Source: Candidatus Eiseniibacteriota bacterium (GTDB taxonomy: Bacteria; Eisenbacteria; RBG-16-71-46). From it: a stretch of 64,000 bases of DNA. A model generated the notes under the pieces. It was not told the DNA's origin. It did no database searches and saw nothing but the letters and a program-made list of their open reading frames with translations. Shown here one piece after another: positions 44,289 through 54,804 of this stretch. The position numbers and the translations under genes are program-made. Every line of letters begins with the position of its first letter. Position 1 is the first letter of the stretch. The stretch is taken from the NCBI GenBank assembly GCA_041483195.1, contig JBGPFC010000007.1:1-64000 (forward strand). Reading direction: 5' to 3'.

Positions 44289-45926
44289 TCAGTCCCCGCC
44301 GCTCAGCTCCTCGATCAGCGCGACCGGGCTCAGCGTTTCGCCGGTGGCCCGCTTCAGCGTCTCCCGCCAGTCGAAGAGACGCCCGCTCCGATAGAGCTTC
44401 GTCTTCAGGAATGATCCGACCTCCGGGCTCGCGACGTAGCGCTGCCACGCGCCGGCTCCACCCTGCAGCACCGTCCGCAGGATGTGGCGTTGGAGCTGCG
44501 AGGCCATCATCTCCCCGAGCATGTAGTTGTGGTAGTAGACCGGAGCGATGCTGAAGTGGATCTTGCTCGCCCAGTCGGGCGCGTGGCGTCCCTCCGGGCG
44601 TTTGAGCCACTGGAAGCGCTCGACCAGGTCCCACCACAGCGTCTCAAGATCTTGCCCTGGATCGCGATAGAGCGCGCGCTCCATGTGACACATCACCAGG
44701 CACCAGCGGGTCTGCACCAGCAACTGGCCGCGGATCGAGCGCGCGACCGCCGCGGCCTTCTGTTGCGCTTCGCTCCCATCCACCCCCGCGTAGCGTGCGA
44801 GCCACGCCGCGTTCTTGGTGAGCCGCCCGAACAGCATCGCGCTCGCCTCGGTGCTCAGCGTGTGCGCAGGGGCCCGAAGCAGGAACGGCAGAGCGGCGTC
44901 GATGTACTTGTCGTACACCGCGTGCCCGAACTCGTGGAGCATGGTGCCCATCCAGCGCTCGTTGGATTTCAAGTTGCAGAGCACCCGGATGTCGGGACCG
45001 TGGTCGACGGAGAGGCAGAACGCGTGCTGGCATTTCCCCGGCTTCTCGTAGAGGTCGGCCCGCGCGAGGAGGTCGTCGATCTCGAAGCCGACCGCCTGGT
45101 AGAAGGTCCGGGTCAGATCCTCCAGCGAGCGGCCCGCGAAGCAGGGATCGAGATCGACCTCGGCGGCGGGCGCCTCCTGGAAGAAGGGATCGCTGTAGTG
45201 CCAGGCCCTCAGCTCTCCGGGCGCGACGCCGAAGCGCCGGGCGAGGCGCTCGTCGAGGTCCCCCTTGTAGCGCTCGAACAGCGGACGCGTGCCGTGATCG
45301 AGCGCCTCGAGGATCGCGAACAGCTCGCTCTCGTCGAGCTCATCGAGGGTGAGCCTCATCGAGTAGTAGTTGTCGAACCCCAGATCGCGCGCCGACTGGT
45401 TCCGCAGCGCGACCAGCGCGAGCAGCTCGCCGCGCACTTCGCCCCCGATCTGTTTCGCGGCCTCCCACGCTCGGCGGCGCCGCGCCGAGTCGTCGGAGTC
45501 GCGCAGCACGTCGTGCAGCTGATTGTCGGTCACGCGATCGCCGTCGAGCGTCGCGCGGAAATTGTTGAAACGGCTCTCCAGGCTCTTCTCGAGCTTCACC
45601 ATGCGACCGATCAACTCGGGCGGGATCTGATGCGCCTGGAACTCGTGAAGCAGCAGCACCAGCTGGCGCTGGAGCCGCGGCTCATCCACCCCGCCCGCGC
45701 CCCGCAGCGCGCGCAGCGTGCGATAGGGCTCCGGGCGCGCGAAGATCATGCGCAGCTCCGCGTCGAGCCGCGCGCTCTCCGCCTCGTGCACGGGATCGCC
45801 GGTGATGTTGGCCTGCCACACCGCTTCGTTGTGGCGGCGATGCAGGGGCTCGACCTCGCCTACCAGGTCATCGATCAGCGCGGCGAGCGCGGTGCTGCGG
45901 TCTTCCGGCGAGGCGTACTCGGGCAC
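44289..45926 (-). CDS. M3/M2-family zinc metallopeptidase
   Basis: HEFGH, TEASA, KCQHAFC and HFSIAPVYYHNY. Confidence 0.9.
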   Translation of the reverse strand: MPEYASPEDRSTALAALIDDLVGEVEPLHRRHNEAVWQANITGDPVHEAESARLDAELRMIFARPEPYRTLRALRGAGGVDEPRLQRQLVLLLHEFQAHQIPPELIGRMVKLEKSLESRFNNFRATLDGDRVTDNQLHDVLRDSDDSARRRRAWEAAKQIGGEVRGELLALVALRNQSARDLGFDNYYSMRLTLDELDESELFAILEALDHGTRPLFERYKGDLDERLARRFGVAPGELRAWHYSDPFFQEAPAAEVDLDPCFAGRSLEDLTRTFYQAVGFEIDDLLARADLYEKPGKCQHAFCLSVDHGPDIRVLCNLKSNERWMGTMLHEFGHAVYDKYIDAALPFLLRAPAHTLSTEASAMLFGRLTKNAAWLARYAGVDGSEAQQKAAAVARSIRGQLLVQTRWCLVMCHMERALYRDPGQDLETLWWDLVERFQWLKRPEGRHAPDWASKIHFSIAPVYYHNYMLGEMMASQLQRHILRTVLQGGAGAWQRYVASPEVGSFLKTKLYRSGRLFDWRETLKRATGETLSPVALIEELSGGD

Positions 45927-46100
45927 GAGGGAGTCTCCGGGGCGGGTTCGAAGCCTGCATCGCGTGAACCGCGGGACGAGACGGTCCCGGGTCCGCCGCG
46001 ACGATTACGCGAAGGCGCGGCATTATAGATGGGGGTCCGCCGCCGACACAATCCGCGCGGGCGCCGCGAAGCGCCCCGCGAGAAGCCGCGGCTCCGGGCC

Positions 46101-46931
46101 CTAGTCCTCGCGCGCCCCGGCGCGCGGCGCGACCAGCGTGCGATAGAACCGCGGGCGCCGCGACCGGAACAGATGCGTGATGGCGGTCAGCGACTTGTCG
46201 CGGGACAGCGCGAGATCCGCGGTCACGGCATGCGCGCCGGTCTCGCGCTTGCCGGCCCGCGCCAGCACCTCGCCCCCCGGCGCGACGATCTGGCTGCGGC
46301 CGGTGAATGGCACGCGTCCACCCGCGCGATGCTCGATGCCGGTGCGGTTCGCGGTCACCGTGAACACGCGGTTCTCGATCGAGCGGGTGAGCATCGCGGT
46401 CTGCGCGTTCGCGAACACCAGGTTCGACGGATGGGCGATGACGTCGGCACCGAGCAGCGCGAGCGTGCGCGCGGCCTCCGGAAACCGCCAGTCGAAGCAG
46501 ATCATGAGCCCCACCCGCGCCGCACCCACGCGGTGCACAGACCACGGCAGGTTCCCGGGCGCGAACCACTCCTGCTCGCGCTCGAACAGGTGGAGCTTCC
46601 GGTAGACCGACTTCACCCCGCCCGGTCCGACCAGCAGCGCGCTGTTGTAGAAACGCCCGCGGCTGCGCTCGGGAAATCCCGCGACGTAGTGGCGGCGCTC
46701 GCGCCGCGCGGCCGCGATCAGCGCCCGCGCGGTGGGCCCGCTCGCGGCGTCCTCGGCGAGCGCTTCGACCTCGGCGTGGGACGAGAACACGTAGCCCGAG
46801 CTCCACAGCTCGGGCAGCACCATGAGGTCGGCATCGACCGTCGCCGCCAGCGCCAGACCGCGCTCGAGGTTTTCCGCGGTACGCCCGAAGCGCGGCGCCC
46901 CCTGCGCGAATGCCACACGAATGCTCGCCAC
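46101..46931 (-). CDS. Carbon-nitrogen hydrolase (nitrilase family)
   Basis: VLPEL, YRKLHLF and ICFDWRFPE (Glu-Lys-Cys triad). Confidence 0.93.
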   Translation of the reverse strand: MASIRVAFAQGAPRFGRTAENLERGLALAATVDADLMVLPELWSSGYVFSSHAEVEALAEDAASGPTARALIAAARRERRHYVAGFPERSRGRFYNSALLVGPGGVKSVYRKLHLFEREQEWFAPGNLPWSVHRVGAARVGLMICFDWRFPEAARTLALLGADVIAHPSNLVFANAQTAMLTRSIENRVFTVTANRTGIEHRAGGRVPFTGRSQIVAPGGEVLARAGKRETGAHAVTADLALSRDKSLTAITHLFRSRRPRFYRTLVAPRAGARED

Positions 46932-46975
46932 GCGCGCACCGTAGCCGGTTCGCGCGGACCCGACAAGCCGCGCGC

Positions 46976-47500
46976 TCAGCCCGCCAGGCGGTCGATGGTG
47001 CTGTCGCCGCCGGTCAGCGGGGCCCCCGCGCTTTCGGCGAGCCCGAGTTGCGCGACCGATGCCGCGTTGAGCAGGTGCACACCGCTGGAGGTCAGCAGCA
47101 CGAAAAAGCCGGAGCCGAGCTGATTCATGTAGTCCGAGACGCGCTGACTCTCGCGCTGCAGCGGCATCCACACCCGGCCCATGAGATTCGTGCCGTCCAC
47201 CAGCAGTAGCTCGACCTCCTCCTCGCGCCACGGCAGGAAACTGCGCGAGTAGACGTCGCTCTGGATCACCGTGCGGCCGATCGTGACGCGGGTCAGCGCA
47301 GCCTTGTTGAAGAGATGCGAGCGCCCCTCGTCCCCGATCGCGACCGCGAGGAAGCGCGCCGACTCGTTCAGCTTCTCGACGATCGTCTGGTGGCGATGGT
47401 TCTCGGCGTCGAGATCGAGGAAGATGTGGCCAGGGACGCCATGCAGCGTGTTCGACCACAGCGTCACCGGCACGCGCCGCTTCGGAATGTAGTGGTCCAT
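46976..47500 (-). CDS. Hypothetical protein with two internal repeats (DUF6812-like)
   Basis: RBS GAGGA. Repeats G.IFL..IVEKLN..FLAV and G.VWM..VSDYMN..FFVL. Confidence 0.7.
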   Translation of the reverse strand: MDHYIPKRRVPVTLWSNTLHGVPGHIFLDLDAENHRHQTIVEKLNESARFLAVAIGDEGRSHLFNKAALTRVTIGRTVIQSDVYSRSFLPWREEEVELLLVDGTNLMGRVWMPLQRESQRVSDYMNQLGSGFFVLLTSSGVHLLNAASVAQLGLAESAGAPLTGGDSTIDRLAG

Positions 47501-47826
47501 GAATGTCCTCTCGGCGCGACCCGCGTCGCACGGCACGATTCCCGGCGCTCCGCCGGGCAGGCCCGCCCGATCTTCGAGCGGTCGGCTGAAACCTGGCGGC
47601 GCGGAATCGGCCACCACTAAGCAACACCTCGGCCGGAGCGCATCAGGGATCCGGGGCCCGCCGGGCCCGCCGCCAAGTCGCGGCCGGCGCGCGCGGGACG
47701 CGTGCGAAGCTGCGCGGTCACGGCGGGATGTTCCCCGCGCGCGTTGCGAATCGCACGGCACCGGCGCCGCACGGGCCCCCTTCTGCACGGCGGGCCGTGC
47801 CCGGCACCTCTGCTACACTGACCGCA

Positions 47827-49179
47827 ATGCTCGAGCGCGCCCAGACTCATGCCCGCCGGCTGCGGCCCGAGGACCGGCCTCGCGCGCGTCCCGGCCCCTG
47901 GCTCGCGTTGTTCGCGGCGGCGCTGCTGGTCCGGGTGCTGTACGTGTGGATCGCGGCCGGCCCCGCCGCGACGCCCTCCTCGGACGCGCTCGAGTACGAC
48001 ACCGTGGCGTGGAATCTGGCGCGCGGCGCGGGCTTCGCGCTCGACGGAGCGGGTGGGCACTACCCCACCGCGTTCGTGCCGCCGGTCGTGCCATGGCTCG
48101 TGAGCCTCACCTACCGCGCATTCGGCCACCACTATTTCTTCGCGCTCCTGCTCCAGTGCGTGCTCGGCGCGGTGGTTCCGCTGGTGCTCGCGAGCTTCGG
48201 CGGCGCGGTGTTCGGCGGGGGCATCGGGCTGCTCGCGGGGTGGCTCGCGGCGCTCGATCCGCTGCTGGTGTTCTTCTCCGGCTACCTGCTCACCGAGACC
48301 ACGTTCACCGCGCTGCTGCTGGTCGCGCTCGCCGTGAGCGCGGCCTGGGTCAAGACCCCGCGTTCGGGCCGCGCGCTGGGCGTTGGGCTCGCATGGGGCG
48401 TCGCCTCGCTCGCGCGCCCGACCGCGCTGCTGCTGCCGCTGGTGGTCGCGTTCTGGGGGTGGGTGCCGCTGGGGCTCACGGTGCCAACGCGTGAACGCGC
48501 GCGGCAGATCGCGCTGCTGCTGCTCGGGCTCGCGCTCGCGATCGGACCGTGGACGATTCGCAACGCCCTCACGCTGCACGCCTTCGTCCCGGTCACGACC
48601 GGGGGCGGACGCGCCTTGCTCGACAGCAACAACCCGATCGTGTGGAGCGATCCCCTGATCCGCGGCGGCGCGATCAGCACCACGCACGTCGAGCCCTATG
48701 CCCGCGACGCGGCGGGTCGCTCGGAGGCCGCAGCCGACGCGATCGCGCGAAGCAGCGCCCTCGAGTTTCTGAGCGGCCATGTGCGCGAGTGGCCGGCGAT
48801 GGCGCTCGCCAAGCTGCGCCGGTTCTGGCGCGTCACCGCCGAGGGCGGCGGCACCGGCACGTGGCAGCGGCAGGGCTCACCGCTCGGCGGTCTCGCGCGC
48901 CGCATCGATCCGCTCGCGGCGTGGTCGTTGCTCGTGCTGCCGTTCGCGCTCTGGGGCGTCGCACGCACGCTGTCGGGGCCACGCCGCTGGTTTCAGTCGC
49001 TGTCCCTGCTGGTCGTGATCTACTTCACGCTGCTCTCGCTCGTCTTCTGGGGCGCGCTTCGGATGCGCGTCCCGGTCGAGCCGCTGATCGCGCTGTTCGC
49101 GGCCGTGGGATTCGAGGACGCGCGGCGCCGCGTGCGCACCCGCGCGCGCGGGCTGCGCGTGATCGAGGGCCGGCGCTGA
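47827..49179 (+). CDS. GT-C fold glycosyltransferase (ArnT/PMT-like)
   Basis: DALEYD..AWNLARG, LLTET, PWTIRN, RMRVPVEP and many TM segments. TGcTACACT lies 7 nt before the ATG. Confidence 0.82.
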   Translation: MLERAQTHARRLRPEDRPRARPGPWLALFAAALLVRVLYVWIAAGPAATPSSDALEYDTVAWNLARGAGFALDGAGGHYPTAFVPPVVPWLVSLTYRAFGHHYFFALLLQCVLGAVVPLVLASFGGAVFGGGIGLLAGWLAALDPLLVFFSGYLLTETTFTALLLVALAVSAAWVKTPRSGRALGVGLAWGVASLARPTALLLPLVVAFWGWVPLGLTVPTRERARQIALLLLGLALAIGPWTIRNALTLHAFVPVTTGGGRALLDSNNPIVWSDPLIRGGAISTTHVEPYARDAAGRSEAAADAIARSSALEFLSGHVREWPAMALAKLRRFWRVTAEGGGTGTWQRQGSPLGGLARRIDPLAAWSLLVLPFALWGVARTLSGPRRWFQSLSLLVVIYFTLLSLVFWGALRMRVPVEPLIALFAAVGFEDARRRVRTRARGLRVIEGRR

Positions 49180-51059
49180 ACCGCACGGCCGCCATTCCAC
49201 CGGACGCCGGCGCGGAGCGCGGGGCGCTGGCGCTGTGGGCGGCGCTGGTCGCGCTCACGCTGATCCGCGCGCTGTTCGCGCTGCTGCCGTCGATGTTCGG
49301 CTGGGGGCTCAACTATTCGCGCTTCATGGACCCGGCCGCAGCTTGGGCGCTGTGGGCGGTCGGCGCCATGGCCCTGCTGCCTCCGCTCGCGCGACGCGCG
49401 ACCGCCCGGCTCGAGGCGCCGGGCGCGACCATCGCACGCGCGAGCTTCCTCGCGTACGCGATCCCCGCGCTCGCCGGCGCCGCGCTCGTGCTCACGTTTC
49501 CGGATCGCGTGTGGTTCGTCGGCGACTTCCTGCTCCGGGCCGGCATCCTGCGGGAACCCGAGGGCTTCACGCGCACGTTCCCGCAGGCGCTCCCGCTCGA
49601 CGTGTTCATGCACTACACCCTCCCGCGCGCGGCGGGCGCCGCGTGGCACGTCGATCCCAATCAGGTGGCGCGCGCGCTCGGCGTGCTCGAGGTCATGGCG
49701 CTCGCCGCGCTCGCCGTGCGCTTCGCGCGCGGGCTCGCGCTCACCGGCGGGGCCGCGATCGCCGCCGCCGCGGTCGTGATGTTCGGCGGCTACTTCACGC
49801 TGTATACCGGGTACGGCAAGCCCACCATCGAAGTGTGCCTCGCGACCGTCGCGGTCGGCGTGTTCGGCATGGACATGGTGCGTCGCGATCGTTCCATGCT
49901 CGCGACCGGCATCGCGATGGCGGCGGCGATCTGCGTCCACCGCGCCGGGCTCAGCCTCCTCCCAGGCTTCGTCGCGGCGTGGGCGTTCTGGTGGGTGGCG
50001 CACGGCCGGCGCGGCGCCTGGAAATCGCCGCGCGTGCTCGCCGCGCTCGCGGTGCCGGTCGCAGCTTTCGCCGCGATGGCGCCGCGCCTGGTCCGGCTCT
50101 TCCTCGGCTTCGATGTGGCCGTCAACTTCCGCTCGGTCGAGGTCGAGCAGCAGGGGGGCGTGCTGCGCGCCGCGCTCGCCCCGCTCAAGCTCATGGACGT
50201 CGCCAACGTGCTGACGCTCCTGTGCCCGCTCGCGCTCGTGGTCCCCGTGCTGCTGGTCGCGCGCGGGCGGCGCGCGCCGCGGGGCCGCGAGGCGCTGTGG
50301 CTGGGATGCCTCGCGCTGGGATTCGTGCCGTCGCTGTTTCTGGTCTACGTCACGCAGGGTCCGTTCCGCGACTGGGACGCGTTCGCGGGCGCCGGCGCGG
50401 CGTGCTCCCTGCTCGCCGCGTGGCTGATCGGCGAGACGCTGCGCGCGGCGCCGCGGCGCGCGTGGCTGGCCGCATCGGTCACGCTCGCGGTGATGATCCC
50501 GACGCTGCAGGTGCTCATCTCCCAGCACGACCTCGATCGTGGAGTCCGGCGCGCGCGGGCCTTCATCGCGGAGCGGCCGGGCCGCACCTGGTCCCAGCGG
50601 GTCGCGACCTGGGATTTCATCGGGCTGCGCAGCCTGCGCGTCGGGCGCTGGGGCGACGCGGCACGCGCGTACGAGATGGTCTCGACCGAGGCGCCGCATC
50701 CACGCGCGTTGCTGCTGTGGGGCACGGCCGCGATCATCGATCGCGACGAAGCGGGAGCGCGCCGCGCGTTTCACACGCTGCTCGCGCGTGACCCCGAGAA
50801 CCCCGAGGGCAGGTTCGGCCTGTGGATCGCCTCGAGCCTGCTGGGCGACACCACCGAGGCGCGCGCCGCGCGCCGAAAGTTGGACGGCTACGCGGTGGAC
50901 GGCCCCGAGATGGCGCGAATCGTCGCGCACCTCGAGCACTATCCGCCCCTGTGGGCGAGCATGCGCGCCGCGGAGGCACGAGCCCCGGGGCGGGCGCTCG
51001 AGCCGCCGCGATCGCCGGGCGCGGCGCGCCCGCCCGCCTCACCTCGTCGCGTCGAGTGA
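49176..51059 (+). CDS. Polytopic membrane protein with a TPR-like C-terminus (possible CTG start)
   Basis: Hydrophobic open frame beginning at a CTGA overlap with the upstream stop, after GAGGG. Contains RDWDAF. Confidence 0.7.
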   Translation: MNRTAAIPPDAGAERGALALWAALVALTLIRALFALLPSMFGWGLNYSRFMDPAAAWALWAVGAMALLPPLARRATARLEAPGATIARASFLAYAIPALAGAALVLTFPDRVWFVGDFLLRAGILREPEGFTRTFPQALPLDVFMHYTLPRAAGAAWHVDPNQVARALGVLEVMALAALAVRFARGLALTGGAAIAAAAVVMFGGYFTLYTGYGKPTIEVCLATVAVGVFGMDMVRRDRSMLATGIAMAAAICVHRAGLSLLPGFVAAWAFWWVAHGRRGAWKSPRVLAALAVPVAAFAAMAPRLVRLFLGFDVAVNFRSVEVEQQGGVLRAALAPLKLMDVANVLTLLCPLALVVPVLLVARGRRAPRGREALWLGCLALGFVPSLFLVYVTQGPFRDWDAFAGAGAACSLLAAWLIGETLRAAPRRAWLAASVTLAVMIPTLQVLISQHDLDRGVRRARAFIAERPGRTWSQRVATWDFIGLRSLRVGRWGDAARAYEMVSTEAPHPRALLLWGTAAIIDRDEAGARRAFHTLLARDPENPEGRFGLWIASSLLGDTTEARAARRKLDGYAVDGPEMARIVAHLEHYPPLWASMRAAEARAPGRALEPPRSPGAARPPASPRRVE

Positions 51060-52463
51060 GCGCGCGCCCGCCCGTCCGAGATCGACGCCGTTCACGCGCG
51101 CATTTCCCCAGTCGGCGCCCGCGAGGTAGCGGACGCGGATCCCCTGCCGGGCCCATGCTCGCAGCTCCTCCGCCGTCGCCACGTACGCGTACTCGACGCG
51201 GCCGTCGAGCTTGCCGCCGAGCCTCACGCGGACTTGAGGCAGCCAGTCGTACGCGATGACCACGGCGCGGCCATCGAGCGCCCGCGCGCGCTCGAGGCTC
51301 CGCTCCACGTAGCGCATCCCCTGCTCGCGGCGTTCGCGATCGGCGAGCACCGGTCCCGGAACCAGTCTCAGCGCCACGCTCCGCCCGAATACGCGCATCG
51401 CGACCGTGCCCCGGCCCGACGGCGGCTCGCCGAACATCCCCGGCTGACTCAGCTTGAGGAACCAGGGCGAGAGCAGCAGCGCGAGACAGACGGCCGCAAA
51501 CGCGCGACGCGAGAGCCATCCGCCGAGAACGATCATCACCATCGGCACGACCGGCAGCAGGTAGGCCGCCTTGATCGGGAGCCGCAGATAGATCGCGGCG
51601 TAGATCGCGATCCCGCTCGCGCACGCCGCGAAGATCAGGGGCGGCATCGGGCCGGAGGCCGCGGACTCCAGCGATGGCCGCTCCCCGCGCGCCGCGTGGA
51701 ACACGACGACCAGGGTCAGCACCAGGACGCCCGGAACTCCCCACAGATCGGCCGTCGCGTTCTTGAGCACGAGCGCTGCGGCCGGATAACCATACTCGTA
51801 GAAGCGCAGGAACCGGGGACCGTACGTGAACAGGACCGGAAGAAATGCCACTGCGCCCGCCCCGACCGCCGTGATCAACAGGACGGCGATCGAGCGCCGC
51901 CGCGCGCCGCGAGGGACGGCATGTGCCAGCGCCAGCGCCAGCGGAACCAGCCAGCCGACCGACGGCATTCGCGACGCGATCGCGAGACCCGCGAGCGAGC
52001 CCGCCGCGAACGCGCGGCCGCGCACCGCGCAATAGAGCGCGGCGAGGTCGAACCCGAGCGCCCACGCGTAGTCCATCGCGGTGACGCTCGCGAGAAAGAC
52101 GGCGGGCGCCGACGCCAGCGCGAGGCTCGCGAGCAGCGCGTCACGCACCCGCAGGGTGCGCAGCGTGAGCGCGAAGCAGCCCGCGCCGATCGCGCAGAGG
52201 AGCGCTGACGCGCCGTTCAGCGCGATCGGCCCGCCCCGCCACAGCCACGCCGAGACGAACTCCTGGAGCGGATAGCCCGGGAACCGCGAGGCCTCGTACT
52301 GACCGGTCAGCGCGATGACGCGCGCGGCCCACGCCGCCCGCCAGGCGTCGGGGTCGGCGCCGTATCCCGCGCCCAGGAATGGAAGGCGCGAGAGCAGCAC
52401 GATGAGCGTGACGAGCGCGAAGAGCCAGGGGCCCTCGGGCTCCCGCAGCGGGCGCAGGTTCAC
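51039..52463 (-). CDS. Polytopic membrane protein, GT-C-like
   Basis: GYGADPDAW, SRFPGYPLQE, MDY and many TM segments. Confidence 0.72.
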   Translation of the reverse strand: MNLRPLREPEGPWLFALVTLIVLLSRLPFLGAGYGADPDAWRAAWAARVIALTGQYEASRFPGYPLQEFVSAWLWRGGPIALNGASALLCAIGAGCFALTLRTLRVRDALLASLALASAPAVFLASVTAMDYAWALGFDLAALYCAVRGRAFAAGSLAGLAIASRMPSVGWLVPLALALAHAVPRGARRRSIAVLLITAVGAGAVAFLPVLFTYGPRFLRFYEYGYPAAALVLKNATADLWGVPGVLVLTLVVVFHAARGERPSLESAASGPMPPLIFAACASGIAIYAAIYLRLPIKAAYLLPVVPMVMIVLGGWLSRRAFAAVCLALLLSPWFLKLSQPGMFGEPPSGRGTVAMRVFGRSVALRLVPGPVLADRERREQGMRYVERSLERARALDGRAVVIAYDWLPQVRVRLGGKLDGRVEYAYVATAEELRAWARQGIRVRYLAGADWGNARVNGVDLGRAGARSLDATR

Positions 52464-52476
52464 GCGTCCTCCTCGC

Positions 52477-54804
52477 TCATGGCGCCGGCACCCGCACCGG
52501 CCGCCGCTCCCAGCGCTTGAACGCGGCGTCCATCACCGCCTCGGCCGGCTTCCCGCGCGGAGTGAACGACGGATCGAGCGGCCCTGAGGCGTCGGGCGAG
52601 CTGAACCATTTCCACACCAGCGCTCCCGCCACCCATTCGCAGCCGTCGAGCGCGCCGAACGCCGCCTCGTAGCATGCACGCTGGGTCTCGAGGTCCGGAG
52701 CGCCGCTCCGCTCTTCCCATGGGCGCACCGGAGCTTCCGCGAACGGCGCGTACCCGATCTCGGCGAGCAGCACCGGGCGATGCGCGCGCGCTCCGACCGC
52801 GCGCAGCGTCGCGAGCGCCTTCGTGGCCCCCGCGCGCAACGCCGGGACCGATCGGGTGGGGGCGCTCGAGAGCGGCGCGTAGAACGAGACGCTCACCAGG
52901 TCGAGGGCGTCCCAGAACGCGATTCCCTCGAACTCCGGCCCCCAGTTGGCGCCGTAGGTGAGCGTGCCGCCGTAAACGCGGCGCACGTCGGCGATCAGCG
53001 CGCGCCAGCGATCGGGATCGCGCAACGAGGCGCTCACCAGCTCGTGCCCGACGAACAACCCGTCCACCCCTTCGCGTTCGGCGAGCAGCGCATAGTGGAG
53101 GATGAACGCACGGTACTGGTCGAAGAAGCGCGGCCATCCGGCCGGGCCGAACTCGAGGTCGCCGGTCCAGCCGCGGGTCCAGAGATGAGGCGCGAGCCAC
53201 ACTCGCATGCCGATCGCGCGCGCGTGGGCCGCCGCCTCGACGATCGATTCGTCGCTCTCCTCGTCGGCCCCGGCCCCGGCGCTCGGGAAGATCTCGGGCG
53301 TGTGCGGCGAGGGCAGGTAACCGAAGGGCGTGAGCGACACCCAGTCCACCCCCATCCGATGGAGGCTCGCGAGCTCACCCGCGCAGCTCGCCGAGAGGTA
53401 ACCGCGTTCCATGCTTACCGAGTGCGCGAGGCACACGCCGCGCTGAAAGCCGTCGGCGGGCCGCCACGGGCGCGGGCGCGCGCCCGCGGGACGGCGCTGT
53501 CCCGCGCGTGCGAGCGAATCGGCGAGCGCCGCGTAGCGCCGCTCGACCCGCGCGGGATCCAGACCGGCCGCGCGGCAGAGGCTGTCGAGGGCGCCCGGCG
53601 GCCGCGCGACCAGCAGCGCGCGCAATGCGCCTCGCCCGCGCGCTCCCGCGCACTCGAACGCCGCTCCCGCGAGCAGCGCGCGCGCGGGAACCCACACCAG
53701 CGGGGAGCGCCACGTGGATCCGCCGACGGCGGCCTCGCGCGCCGTGGGCAGCAGCCGTCCGAAATACAGCCGGCTCACCGCGCGCTCCAGCGGCTCGCCA
53801 TCGAACGCGCCCGCCAGCCAGGTCGAGGCCGGCTCGAGGTATGGCGCGTCGGGCGCCGCGCCCAGCGCGCGCAGTCGCAGCGCGGCCACCGACCACAGAT
53901 CGAGCGAGCCGCGGCCGAATGGCAACGCGGCATGCGCTCCGCCGACTTCGAGGTGCTCGGGGCGCGTGTCGCGCGTGAGCACGCCCTTCTCTTCGAGCGA
54001 GCGGTAGAGCGTGAGCGTGATCGTGCCAGGCGCCGCGAGCCCCGCGCGATCGAGCCGATCGAGCAGCGCGGCGGCGGCGGCCGCGACCGGCGCCGCGACC
54101 GCGAGATCCGGAGGGGCGCGCAGCTCGAGCCCGCCGCTTCGCACGATCCGCAGGCCGGACGCGAACCGCTCGCGGTCCCGCTCGCGATCGTGGTCGAGCG
54201 TCGGATCGTACCGCCACGGGCTCGTGGTGGATTGCGCGAAGCGGCCCGAGCGCGCCAGCTCGCCTTCGCGATAGATCCTCCAGTCGTCCTCGCCGAAGAA
54301 GAACCCACCGCCCCGTCGCACCATCGCGCCGGGTGAATTGCCGGCGACCAGCAGCAGGAAGCGCTTCGGATCGAGCGGATTGGGATAGACGAGGTGGATG
54401 ACGTCGCCGGGCCGGTCGTAGCTGCGCCCGAACCAGCGGAACTGGCGCTCGTCGAATTGGACCGGAAAGGCCGGCGCGAGCCGCCGCGTCCACTCGTTTT
54501 CGCGCGGGCCACCGATCAGGAACACCAGCGCCCCGCCGATGGCGCGCGCGTCCACCTCGCGGTCGGCGCGCACGCTCGCGCTGTCCCCGCCGAACAATCG
54601 ACGCGCCACCGCGAGCGCCCGCTCGCGCAAGACGGGCGCCGCCGCCGCATCGAGGGTGCCGTACACGAAGAGCCGGCGGGAGCGCTCGGAGAGCGACAAC
54701 TCCATCTGTTCGCGCGTGAGTCGCGGCGGCGCGAGGTTCAGCGCGGCGGCCGGCCCGACCCACAGCATCAGCGCCGCGAGGACCAGCGGCCGCGAGCCGT
54801 GCAT
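52477..54804 (-). CDS. Secreted protein with a C-terminal GH113-like TIM barrel
   Basis: WVSLTPF, LAPHLW, VGHEL, LTYGANW, FWDALD, VLLAEIGY, WKWF and FTPRGKPAE. Confidence 0.82.
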   Translation of the reverse strand: MHGSRPLVLAALMLWVGPAAALNLAPPRLTREQMELSLSERSRRLFVYGTLDAAAAPVLRERALAVARRLFGGDSASVRADREVDARAIGGALVFLIGGPRENEWTRRLAPAFPVQFDERQFRWFGRSYDRPGDVIHLVYPNPLDPKRFLLLVAGNSPGAMVRRGGGFFFGEDDWRIYREGELARSGRFAQSTTSPWRYDPTLDHDRERDRERFASGLRIVRSGGLELRAPPDLAVAAPVAAAAAALLDRLDRAGLAAPGTITLTLYRSLEEKGVLTRDTRPEHLEVGGAHAALPFGRGSLDLWSVAALRLRALGAAPDAPYLEPASTWLAGAFDGEPLERAVSRLYFGRLLPTAREAAVGGSTWRSPLVWVPARALLAGAAFECAGARGRGALRALLVARPPGALDSLCRAAGLDPARVERRYAALADSLARAGQRRPAGARPRPWRPADGFQRGVCLAHSVSMERGYLSASCAGELASLHRMGVDWVSLTPFGYLPSPHTPEIFPSAGAGADEESDESIVEAAAHARAIGMRVWLAPHLWTRGWTGDLEFGPAGWPRFFDQYRAFILHYALLAEREGVDGLFVGHELVSASLRDPDRWRALIADVRRVYGGTLTYGANWGPEFEGIAFWDALDLVSVSFYAPLSSAPTRSVPALRAGATKALATLRAVGARAHRPVLLAEIGYAPFAEAPVRPWEERSGAPDLETQRACYEAAFGALDGCEWVAGALVWKWFSSPDASGPLDPSFTPRGKPAEAVMDAAFKRWERRPVRVPAP